From Rhizaria sp. SCN 62-66 (lineage: Eukaryota), in assembly GCA_001724265.1 (NCBI GenBank), contig MEDY01000047.1, positions 1 to 64,000 of the forward strand: 64,000 bases of DNA, read 5' to 3'. The position numbers and the translations under genes are program-made. Numbering within the stretch: position 1 is the first letter of the stretch; each line of letters starts with the position of its first letter. The notes beneath the pieces are model-generated. The model made no database searches and was not told the DNA's origin. It worked only from the letters and a program-made list of their open reading frames with translations. Shown piece after piece: positions 1-11,900 of the stretch.

Positions 1-1582
1 GGAAGGTGGTGGCGACTGTGGCGCGCTTGTGGGCGAGCTTGGCGTCGTAGTCCTTCTGCTCGCGCTTGGTGAACTTGACCGCGCCCGTGGCCACGGCGCG
101 CGGCTTGTCGATCGTCAGGTTGCCGTTGGGCTGGAGCACGTTGGTGTTGACCAGCAGGGACGCGCCGGGCTCAAGCTTGAGGCACGTGGAGCCGTCGCCG
201 AGGCGCACGAACGTGGCCTCACCGTCGACAGCCACGCCCGCGGGGAGCGCGTTGTCGCGGAAGTCGTAGTAGTTGGCCGACACGTTGCCTACCGTCGTCA
301 CAACGAGCGAGTCGCGGGCGGTCTCGGTCTCGGACCTGAGTGGAACAAGAACAAGGAAACAAAGCAAAGGTAACAAAAGATATGTGATGTGAGATTTGTT
401 GGTAATGAATGATTTGTTGATCGATCTTAGTTAATCGCTGGATCATATTGATATTTTTTGTCCAATTTAGCGAAACAATATGCTTTTGTGGGTGTGCTTT
501 GTGACGTACTTGCGGTCCTCAGCGACGGCGTACTCGTCCGTCTCCTGCTCGCGCTTGCGCTCCGCCTCGGCGGCCGCCTTGGCAGCCTTGCGGGCCTTGG
601 CGTCCGTGGACTTGGGCTTGGCCGAGGTCTTCTTGCTGCGGCGGGTCCTACGCTCACCAGCATCACTATCGTCGCTGTCGTACGGCGCCACCTCCTCCTC
701 CTCCTCTTCCTTTTCCTCCTCGTCCTCGTCCTCATCCTCGTCCTCGTCCTCCTCCTCGGCGTCCTCGCCCTTGGTGCCGGCAATCTTGGCGCCGCCGTCC
801 TCGTCCTTGCCCTTGGCAGCCTTGGCCTTGGCTTCGGCAGCGGCCAGCTCGGCCTTGCGCGTCGCGTCGTTCTCGAGCTCGACGGCGTCGCGCACCTTAA
901 GCACGTGCTCCAGGTACGCCGTGCGCTCCGCGATCGCCGCCTCCGTGCCCTGCAGGAACTCGGGCGTCTTGGTGAACGGAACCTGTGCGGGCGGATGGGC
1001 GGGCGGGAGAACAGAAAGCAAAGCAAAAGAAGGCGAAGCAAGAGAAAGCGAGAGCATGAGAGAGTGAGGCAAGTGTTTCAGGAAATGACGGTCAGGAAAA
1101 TGTGATATATAAAGAAGGAAGAGGGAAAGGTGGACGTACGGACTCGCCAGCACTCTTGGCGCTTTGCATCTTAGCCACGATCTGCGTCATGAGCGCAGAC
1201 TGGGCGTTGGTAGAGACGTCATCGTAGGTCCTGTAGTGCGCAGTAGAGTCAGCGAGAGTAATATCATCAAAGAGTGAGGAAGCATATGGACGTCGAGAGA
1301 GGTGAATTGAGGCAGTAAGCGTGGTTAAGTTGCCGTAAACGATGAATATTTTAGGTAAAGCTTGATACGTGAACGTATCACGTCCCAAGTAGCATAAGAT
1401 ATGAGAGCGACGGGGACAGAAAGAAGAGATGGAAGGAGATGGAAGAAGATATGGATTTGGTTGGGGAGGGCTACGCACCTGGTGGGGTTAAACGAAGCCT
1501 CGTCACCGTCACGGATAAAGGTCTTGGTAAACTCGCCCGCCAGCGAGACCTTACCAGGAGCCTGTTGGGCCTTGGGTGGCAT
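1..1582 (-). CDS. Uncharacterised protein, 5' part only (runs off window start); acidic/Lys-Ala-rich region followed by a possible LamG/concanavalin-like beta domain
   Basis: Four exons joined in frame by GT-AG introns: 1582-1479, 1230-1140, 982-510, 335-<1. Starts MPPKAQQAPGK, has a poly-E/D tract, then YYDFRDNALPAGVAVDGEATFVRLGDGSTCLKLEPG. Exons are GC-rich. The domain call is only a weak resemblance. Confidence 0.75.
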
Positions 1583-2972
1583 CTGAGAAGAAAGAGGCGG
1601 AGTTAGGAGAGAAGAGACGTGGAGATGTGAGGCGACTTTATCAACCACATACAGAGACCACGAAGTGATGTGGACAATAGGAAATAATAAAAGAAGCATA
1701 TACTTGTGCATTCGCGGTTTTATCGCGCGGGCGTGCACGTAAGGGCGGCTAGGGCAATATTCGGAGGCCAGCGGGAGGTTAACAATGCTCCAGCCCTGTC
1801 ACCAGTGAGTAACGTTTTCGTCCATATTTCACGCTGCAAAACCACTCCTCATGTGACTGTAATAATTAACAACAGAGTTAAGAGTCTTGCGCTGCTTATG
1901 TGTAAATGCCAGGCGTGAAACCGCGTTGCCGCAGGGTGTGTCGCACTCGAAAATAAGGAGCGCAGATACGTTTGTGGTCGCGTCTCAAAACTCCTCGGAT
2001 ACAGGCCGCCGCAGGCAATACAGCCACATTATCAAGATTAGAAATCAAGACAATAGCGTATTTGGAGGAACCTCTCGTCAATCCATAGACACCAGTGCCC
2101 AACAACCATATTACACCGAGAAACACGCTTCAAATAAACTGTCACGGACAGCAAGGACGTCCCTATGTTCTTACCGAAAGTAAGCCGGCCAGCCTCGCAA
2201 ATGAGTCCCTCGTTTGCGTTTGTGGTGGGGATGACATAACGTGCTACATTTTGACATATAACAGTGCACAAACTGCGCCAGCTTATGTTTTCGCTTGAGT
2301 TTTATATGATCCCATTGATATTTCCAAATGAACAATATTTATTTTGTCACTGACAGATCCTCCTCTCTTGAAGAAGCGTGATTTTGCTGCTCGCGCGTGC
2401 TCACCACAAATGGGTCTTTGCGTTAATTAATCAGTGGTAAGCAGAAAGGAGGTGCTTATTTACACGCTTAGTCGGGCATTGCTCATGAGGGTACAGATAG
2501 GAAACACTTTGTATTTTGAGGACAACTGGGAACAGTAACATCATGCGTTCACTGACAAGGCACCTTGACACAGGCTAACAAGCGAGGATGTGACAGAGGT
2601 GCTGAATTTTACTGTTAGAAGGTGTGATCCAACAAGACAACTAGTATGCTATTATTAACCCTTGGGTCTCAATACAATGTGATCATGACGGAGCTTCTGT
2701 GACTCGAGTAATCTTGTTCAAGTCTGATCGCTGGTCATGGTAACGAAAGTTAAGTAAGAATCAACAAGGAAAAAGGTTCAATAAGGAAAATCAAAACAAA
2801 AAGGCTCAGGAACAGGGACATTAAAAACATTATACTATATATAAACGCAATGAGCTTCTTAAGTTTGTTGTGCAAATAAAACTCAGCATGGACACAATAT
2901 TTCTCTTTCTGTAAAGACGAAAGAAATAAATAGATCAGTCGGGAGGTTAAGTGCTAGGACTTCAATTGCGCT

Positions 2973-5900
2973 TTACTCTTGGCGGTGATACTCCGACTTG
3001 ATGTGGCTCGGTAGCGGCATCGGCACGCGCAGCGATGATTGGGCATTTGCACCAGTCTGATTGCTGTTGTTGCCTGCAAAAGACACGGAGGCAGAGGCCT
3101 CACGCTGCTGGTAAGCCAATGCAGAGCGCGTGCCCATCACAGGCACGCCGCCGCTGGGCGCGGGCAGTGCAGGCACTGCAGGCGCGTGGCCCAGCGGCGA
3201 CGTCTCAGTCTCGCCAGCGCTGTCGCCGCCGTTGTTGAGGGCTATGCTGGTGTGCAGCGCCGACAACGGTGGCGGGGGCACAGCAAGTCGAGCCGACTGC
3301 GACTTCGAACCGAATGGAAGGGGAGGCGGAGCAACTGCTACAGCGGCAGGGGGTGGCGGCGGTGCCATAACAGCAGCAGGTGGAATAACAACCTCGGGCT
3401 CGACATTGTGAGTCTCATTCCAGTCGTCGTCGTAACCGCTTCTCGCGTTGTTATGGGCACCAATGTACGTGTCGTCGTGATAGTCGTCAGTGCCTGCATC
3501 AGGCGCTGCGGGCAGTGCGGGGCCGGTGAAGCGCGGTGACGGCGCAGGAACCACGGGCGACGACGGCGTCAAAGGCACAGCTTCGTACTTCACGCGATCA
3601 CCGCTGACGGGCATCATCTCGACTGCTGCAGGCGCAACGGCGCTACGCTTGTCGCGGCTGTCGTCGTAGTTAGAGCTTGAGTTCTGAAGCGTGGGGTAGT
3701 TGTCGTCGTCGTAATTGTCGTTAGTGCCGACAAAGTCCGCTGCGACAACAACGACATCAGTGTCGCACTCAGGCGCAATGTCCAGCGCAAGATCGGTCGC
3801 GACGTGCTTGTGACCATTCCCCGCACAGGAGGTTGCGAACATCTCGAGCGCATTGTACACAGTCAAGTTGTCATCGGGAGTCGACTTGGAGGCCGGACCC
3901 TTGGGCTTGCCGTCACAGCAGCAGAAGGACAGGATGAGCAGAACAAACGCCTTAACGAAGATACTCGCAGGTTTCAATGCTAAGATCTCAATGATGTTAG
4001 AAATCGCAGAGGCCTGCAGCCACATCTGGGTATTACCGTTGTTACTCATATCGAGCTGGATACCATATACAATAATCAGCAGTGCAAGCACAATGACGTA
4101 GATCCAGAGCAACACAAAGCCGAAGAGACGGAGACCGAGCGGGAAAGACCACGACTCGCGGAACCAGACCATGAACAAATCATAATCAATGTGCATGAGC
4201 AGCCTTAACTGATTGCGCAGCTCGCGCTCGTCACGGACACCGCGGACATTCTCAGGAACCAAAGCGTTGCCAGGACCATGAGTCCATCCGCCGACCTGCG
4301 CAATCGAGTGCAACAGAACGCGCTCGTCCTCGTCGCTGACGACAGGGTTGCGCTTCATGCGGTGCTCGTTGCGAGTCGCGTACTGCGGCTCGGAGATGCG
4401 GTTCGTGTACTGCAGCTGTGCGACGTGCTCTGCGTAGCCGTAGATTGCGGACTTGAGACGGCCCTGCTGAGAGCGACCGAAGAGCAGACCGATTAGAAGA
4501 CCAACAGGGATGAGGATGGCGGCCGAGATAAAGGAAGTCACAATTGTGCTGAAGCCAACGCCGCCGTTGGAGCTGCCGAAGAAGAGTGCGTTGATCATGT
4601 AGCCAGTGAGCACAAGCACAAAGCCTGCGGTGACGCGGCCAACCGAGGAAAAAGCGTTCGTGTCATAGCGCATCATGACTGAGAGCCAGAGGTGGTCGTG
4701 CTTCATCAAGTGCTTGTAAAGATCAATCCAACGCTCAGTGAATGCCATCCTTTCAACACCCGCGTCAGGGTTGAGCATTGCCGACGACGGCAGCGACGCA
4801 GACGTGTCGCCAGTGACTGCGTCCCACTGCTTGCGCTGCGGGTCGCTCCACTCACCGTGGTAGTGGCGCAGCGCGCGCGCGTCCTTGTGACGATCAATAA
4901 ACGCAGCAATAAATGCGAAAACAAGGTAGACTCCAAACCACACGCCGCACGTAATAAGCGGCAGCGGGTGAGCCTGAATGTTGGCCCATGTGAGGTTCAG
5001 GAAGTCTTCGATGTCGAGAGTGTTGAACTTGGGCAGGAAGTTATTGAAGTCAAGTCGGACACGGAACAGAGTCAGGTGCGTGCACTGGCACGTCGTCGTG
5101 GTGTTGGTGCTTGAGACGGAAACAAGCTTGCAGCCTGTGGTACTCCACAGGCCGCCAACGCCACTCGGGTCGGCCTTCCACCACTCGCATGTAAAGCTGA
5201 CGTCAGGCCAGGTTGGCTTCGGATGCGGCACTTCAAGCGTGAAGAACTCACCTCCAGCAGCGTCCAGTGTGGCAAAGGGGCTTCCAGCATGGTAGTACGC
5301 GCCGCTGCGGGTGCCGTTGAGAGTGAAGTTCAAATGCTGCTGCGCAGGAACAGTGACACCGTCGGCCACAGTCATGTCGGTCACGTTCGAGAGCGTGCGG
5401 TCGAACACGGTGAAGACGAGCAGCGGCGACGACTGCGAGCCGTTGAGGTAGCTCTCCGTCGTCATGCCTGCAAGGTGGAAGATTGCGGAGTCTTCCACCA
5501 TGACCATCACAATCTGCAATGACGCTGCGGTTTGCTCGCGCAGCGAAGGAGGTAGCAAGACGCGCGCCTTCCGCGGCTTCCCCTCGCTCTCAGTCGGCGT
5601 CCGTGCCTCGATGGCTTCCGGCGCGTGCACAGTGGAGACGGCTTGTGAGAGCACTGAGAGCCCACCAAAGACCAACAACATAGGATCTTGTCCCACGACT
5701 TGCTGCGCCAGCGAGCCCATTGCCAACACATTCATCTGTTGTGCAATCGCGTTCACGACACCTGCAGCCTCCGCACGTAGCGCCAGCAGTGTTGCGCCCT
5801 CTGTGGTGTTGGCTGCAACCGACCCAACAACGGGGAGCGTGGTGTTGTGGTTCAGCGCGGCGAGCTCGGCTGCAAAGGCGTCCATGACTACCTGCGTGGC

Positions 5901-8900
5901 CACGAGCGCCGAGTCAGCCGTGGCCGTAGACATGCCCAGGAAGGCGTCGCGCGACGCCAGCGACGACGTCTGCGCCACGAGCGTGTGCAGCGCCTGCGTG
6001 CGCGTCGCGCGGTCCAGCTGCGTGCCGTCAGCGCATAGCTGCGTGAGCAGCTCGATGGCGACCTCGGAGTAACCGGCGTTCTGCGAGAACTGGTTGTTCG
6101 CAGCCGCCGCGGCATCACCCCCGCCGCCGCCCTCCGTGTCTCCGCCTTCAGCATGCGCGGTGAGCGTGGCCACGGCGCGACGTGCGTCTTGTGAGATGGT
6201 CAGCATCGTGGCGACACTGCGCAACTCTGTCAGCAACTGCGCACGATAGCCAGTCTTGTCGCTCATGGTCAGCGCATCCGCTGCGTTATCAAGTGTATCG
6301 GTGATACGCAGTGCAGTTTGACTCATAGTCGCAATGTCAGCAACCGTGGCAGCATCATCAAGCAGCACAAACAGGGCATCAATATCGACAGCCGTCGCGC
6401 CGCTGATAGTAAGCGCAGAAAACATGACATCAGGCGCTGCAACAACCACATCTGCGTCAGACTCAGGATCAAAAAACTCAACCGTGATATCGACACGCGT
6501 CTGTGCGCCCCAGATGTCAGTGATATACACTGCGACGGAGCGATTGTAGCCATCAATAGCGTGGCCTGCGCGCAGCGTCGCTTCGAGCGTGGGCTGCGGC
6601 AGCGCCATGCCGATCTCGACCCAGTTGCTCTTGACGGCGCCGCGCAGCACGCGCTTGGACTCGGCGTACCAGTGGTACGTCAGCGGCAAGTCCTCCGCGT
6701 CGTCCTCCCAGCCGCTGCAGCGCAGTGTGAGCGCAACACCGCTGTCAGCCTTGAGCACGCTATCGGCAAACACGGGTGCACAACTGCCCGACCGCGGCGG
6801 TGCGTTGATTGTGAGCGACGCATGGGCAGAGACGAGCTCATTGGGCAAGGCACCAACAGGCAGGTCCTGAATCTGGGCCTGCGTGGGCAAAGGAGTACCG
6901 CTTGTAGAGAACAGGGACAGCCTGAACGTGTATGCAATACCAGCTACGAGCTTCTCACCGGCGAGCGTCGACGTATAAATCATGCGATCATCGGCGGTTG
7001 GTGATGAGGACTGCAACAGAACAAGTCCATTCTCATCCAGATTTACGTTGCGAGTATCGCAACTCCACAACACACGCGGCTTATTGGCATCTGTCACAGG
7101 AGCTCCGTCGGTGCGCGTCACAGTTGCAGTCAGCACAACAGGATTCTGCTGTAAAAGCTGCTCGCGCGCGGGTGCGGAGACGGATACGTGGTATGTAGGC
7201 TCAACAGTCGTCAGCTCAACTTGAGTTGTCGCAATCGCGGTGCGTGTGTCCTCAGTATTATTTACACCCACCGTAACTGTGAAGAGCAGGGTGTTAAAGG
7301 CGACATCGACAAACGCACTTTCAGGAATAGTAAGATCGTAGCTGATACTGGCGACCAACGGCAGCACTGTTCCTGGTGGGAAGCAGGGTGATGACGCGTT
7401 AGCAGCATCAGTGCAGTTCCAGAGGTAGGTCAGCCCCGTGCGCTGCACGCCCTGCGCCGGGTCCAAGTCGGGGTCGCGCGAACCACTCGCCGACAGAGTG
7501 AGTGCCTTTTCGCGGTTGTGTACGCGATCGCCGCCCAACAGAGCAGCGCGCAGCGGCGCGGCGGTGACGAGCACAGAGACCTCGTCCCAGTTGGTGTAGC
7601 TATACACACCAGCTTTATCCGCAACCTCAACGCGGAAAACGTACGGTGCAGCCCTCACAGCCATCGCGTAGGCGCGCACACGCAGCGACGCCAGATTTCC
7701 TGTGAATGCGGGTTCCGTCTCTTTGTCAACAGGCTGGTAGGTCCAAGTGTAGTTAATACCAATGCGCTGAGTCTCCACGGCGCAGAGATTTGCACGTGAG
7801 ATCAGCGCGTTAACGAGCACGTTCCGTGCGCGCGTAACAGACAAGGTCTTGCTACCAGCAATGTTGATCAGCGGCAAATATGCATCTGCGCGGTGAACAG
7901 AAGCTGCCCAAACAGTCAGTGAGTTGAACCACGTCGATACAGCCACGGAGAATGTAATTGAAGAGCCAGGCGCAACCATCTCGTTAATTAGCGAAGCAGG
8001 CAACGTAATGGCGGGCACCAAGAACGGTGACTGGAACGAGGTGTACTCACGTCCAAAGTCTGGCGATCCGTACGTCGCGGTGATGTAGTTGTCGAACGCA
8101 GCAGAAGTCGTGCCGTTGACTGTCGCAGACCAAATGTACGCAAAAGCAAGCCCACCCGAGTTGCTACTTCCAGCTGCAGAAAGCGTGAGCCCATCGCACA
8201 CACCGACGGAGCTAGGTCCAGCAATCACAGCCATAGGCACAATAGCGGGCAAGGCACCGGCCTGAACCGCGAGAATCGTCTCCACAACGTAAACGGGGAC
8301 TTCACCTTCGGCGAGTGTGGAGCCACGGCGCACGACATCTCCAAGAATTGTGATGGAGTGCATGCCGATACGCAGTGAAAAGGACTGGCCCAATGTGACG
8401 GTAAACACGGCCGGAGCAGACCACGCGCAGACAGCGCCGTCACCAAAGCGTGTGAGCGAAGCGGCAGCGATGATAAGCCCACAATTGGCCCATGATGCCG
8501 CAGTCGTTGCGCGCGGCTGCTGCGTTGCAACTGAGAACGTAATATCGACCGCGGTGCGAGCGGACGTGAACAATGCGCTCGTCACCGTAGGCTGGATTTG
8601 AGGGGTCCCTGGCGCCACGTAGGGGAGTTGCTCGCCCAGAAGCAGCGTCAGCGGTGCCATCATTGTGACTCCCGCCGTGGACGTCGCGTCACTCAGCATT
8701 ATCTCGTCAAAGGGGAACACGTGCTCCGCAGATAGACTAGTATTCATCTGCGTCTCACGCAGCGTGTGCACGGTAAATGCGCCACCCAACAACGTATATC
8801 CCGCTTCACCCGCCGTCGGCAGCCGCACGAAGCGGTGTCCCGCGAGCGCTGGCAGCGTTGCCGCGCGCGTCCACTGGCCGTCGGCGTCAGTCATTGGTCC

Positions 8901-11900
8901 TTCGTTGCGCGCAACGAACGCGCCGTGCTCGTGCGACTCCAGAACCGAGTCCGCGTGCGCGGGAGAAATAGCGGAAGTGCTTGTGCTTAAGGACCGTAGC
9001 GATGAACCCAGCACATGTCCTGCGGCAAAGCTGTTGGCTCCACTCGGGCCAGCAACAAGCAAAAATGCACCCGTCATAAGGTCATACGCAATGAGATCTG
9101 GCGACGCCGCATGTGTGTGTTGTGCGGCGCTGGGCGACGCTTGAATTCGCAGCTGCGGCACAAGCGTTGACTCATAGGGGACACCGTTCGTATCCAGAAA
9201 CACGGTCGGCCGCGTGCGCGTACTTGCAATCGCAGTGGGCACATCCGTGGTGTCATTGCCGAGCGACGTAAAAGCAAGGAACTCACGGACAACAATGTCT
9301 TCGTTCCCAGTGACAAGAGGAGGAACCGTGAGGGCGACGAGAAGGCCGACGTGAGTGATACGAAACTGCATCCGCGAAACTGAGCTGAGATCGAACGTAA
9401 AAACGGCCCCGTCACCCTGATCGAGGATCACCGCCGAGTCGACTTTAGCTGTGACAGCACCGTCCGAAAACGTCACGGTGTGTAAGTCCGGAGGCTCGCT
9501 CGTGACCAGCATCGCCTGCGCCTGTACGTTTACGGAAAAACGCGAGTCAGGCGTGCGTGCGAGCGCAAATGAGAGTGTGCGCAGGATCATATCCTGATGC
9601 ATACCGGCTAAAAGTAGGTGTGCGGCAGGAATAAATGTGAACATCCGCGACGTCAGTCGCGGGTTACTCAGTGGCAGCTGCAGAGTGTCAGACATCATCG
9701 GCAGCGGCAAGGGGAACATCTCAGTTGGCGCGGTGCGACGATAAAGATCAATCAGCACCATACGCGCAGTCATGCCGCCGGAGCAGTACAGAACAAAGTC
9801 TCGCGGCAGCGCATCGCACGAGTGGTCGTAGCGCGTGCCCATGTGCATGGCACCTGCGCTGGATGAAAGTTGCGGCAACTGCGGCCCCGCCTCTGTCGCA
9901 GTTGTCGCAGGGCGGCCAGCAAGCAGTTGCCACGTCTCCGCGACCGGGTTGAACGTCCACATGTCGGACATGGCGCCGTGCACGGACATGCCACCGGAAA
10001 GGATTAGCACGTTGCCCACCGCCACCAGCTGCGCGCGCGAGCGGGCCTGGGGGCATAGATCCGCGATCGGGAAGCTCGTAGAGGAGTAATTGGCAAACGG
10101 GAGCACATAGTTGCCGCTAAGGCTACAACCAACGTACTCCCAGTTAAGCGGCTGTGCAGTGGGGAAACGCCACAGATCCGCAAGAAAGTCAGTCTCAGCC
10201 ACTGGACGCGTCGCGCCCGTGAGCCGCGAACCACCGTAATAGTACACCCACTCGACGCCGCTGACCGTAACTGTGGCGGCGGAGGCAAAGGCGCGCGCGC
10301 CCGGGTACCCGCGGGGACGCACTGCAGGGTCAGTGCGCTTGTTGTGGCCCTGTGGCATTGCAGTTACTTCCATGGCATTGTGAAGCAAGGAAGCTGCGCC
10401 AAGCGCCATGCGCCGTGTCGCAGGAGTGAGTTCCTGAGGCGGCTCGGCTGATAGCCCGGTCACGGCGACGGGCACGCGCCAGTACCGCTCATAGAGTCCG
10501 CGCGTGGTGCCATCGTTGGTCCACAAACCACCCATGATGAAAAGCACGTTCTCGGTGGGCGAGTAGACCATGGCGGAGCCAATGTGGCGGCCGATGTAGC
10601 CGCTGTCGAAGTTGGAGGCGCCCGCGCTTGTGACGTCGCCCTTTTGCAGCACGCGCTCTGTGCGCGACGCCGGCAGCCATGCGGTCACGGTGTCGGAGGC
10701 CTGTTGCATATGTGCCGTCGATTCGGTGGCGCCACCGGCAAAGAAAACAACAGTGTCACCGAGCTGCGCGCCCAGCCTCGCGGCCAAAGCAGTGCTGGCG
10801 TTGTGCGCCACAGTCGATGCGCCCCATAGCCGCGGCGAGGGGCCCTGTGGCACGTTTTCACTGGTTATAAGCGCAGCTGTGTTGAGTGATGAGCAGAGCG
10901 GGCCGTAAGAGCCACCAGGACAGAAACAGGGCTGCGTCAGGTTAACGCCAGCGCCAGCGCCGTTAAGACAAGCGATAGGCGTCGGTAGATATGCAGGGCG
11001 ATACGATGAAAGGCCGAGTGCGCAGTCATTGCCGTAGAATCCATCGGGACAAACACAGCGGTACGCCGAGTCAGAAATACCAGCAACAAGTCGGCCAGCG
11101 GTGGGGTCGCATGTGACGGTGAAATTAGGAAAGCTAAAGCTCGCAACGCGCGCACATGTGTGACAGATGCCTCCGTTAAAGCAGATCGAGTAGGAGTGGC
11201 AGGCGTCGTGGCGCAGCACAAGCCCGGACTCGGCTTCTTTCGTGTTTGAGAGTTGGAAAAACGGATAGTTGGTCGTTACCGGCGACAGAGGTGCCGTTGT
11301 GTCAAACGTTAACCCACCAGTGCGAGCATAAATGTACGATGGGACGTCCGAGTTACGGAGTGCCGCAGATCCCGGAAGCGATACGGCCACGGCGCCGATG
11401 CGGCCCTCATTGGCGCGCGCGCTCCAGCTCCAGGCGGGCATCGACGCCGAGGGCGTCTGCGCAGGGTCGCTCACCCACAACCAGGACGCCGTGGCGTCGG
11501 CGCCGCGCACGTGGTCCGGTGCCCACGAGTAGGGCTTGGCCCAGGTGGTAAGGAAGAGCTGGTACACGAATACGGAGTAGACCTCGCTGTCAGCCGTGCC
11601 GAGGGACGTGTCGTAGCTCACGCCGTGAGAAACAGTCAGCAAGCCGCTGTAGTCGATATTCAACGTTGCGTGCATGCGTGCGCTGGGGTGGTTGCGCCGC
11701 GAAAATGCGCTCTTTTGTTGACGTCCGTTGCGCGCAAACGGCGAAGTCGGCGTTGCCCAAGTCGTGGGGCCCGCCAGGTAGGCCCACTGGTTGATGGCAC
11801 GCGAGAACACCCAGAGGTCGGCCATCAGCGCGGGCGAGGGCACTGTGCTGAGACCAGCGCCGCCGTCAAGCGAGCCACCATAGAGAAAGAAATATTGCCC

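Noticed and set aside
2890-2976. Possible terminal intron (GTAAAG...TTTACAG) overlapping the receptor's TAA stop
   Set aside because: The donor does not match the GTNYG pattern of the other 19 introns, and the would-be downstream exon is AT-rich and non-coding-like.
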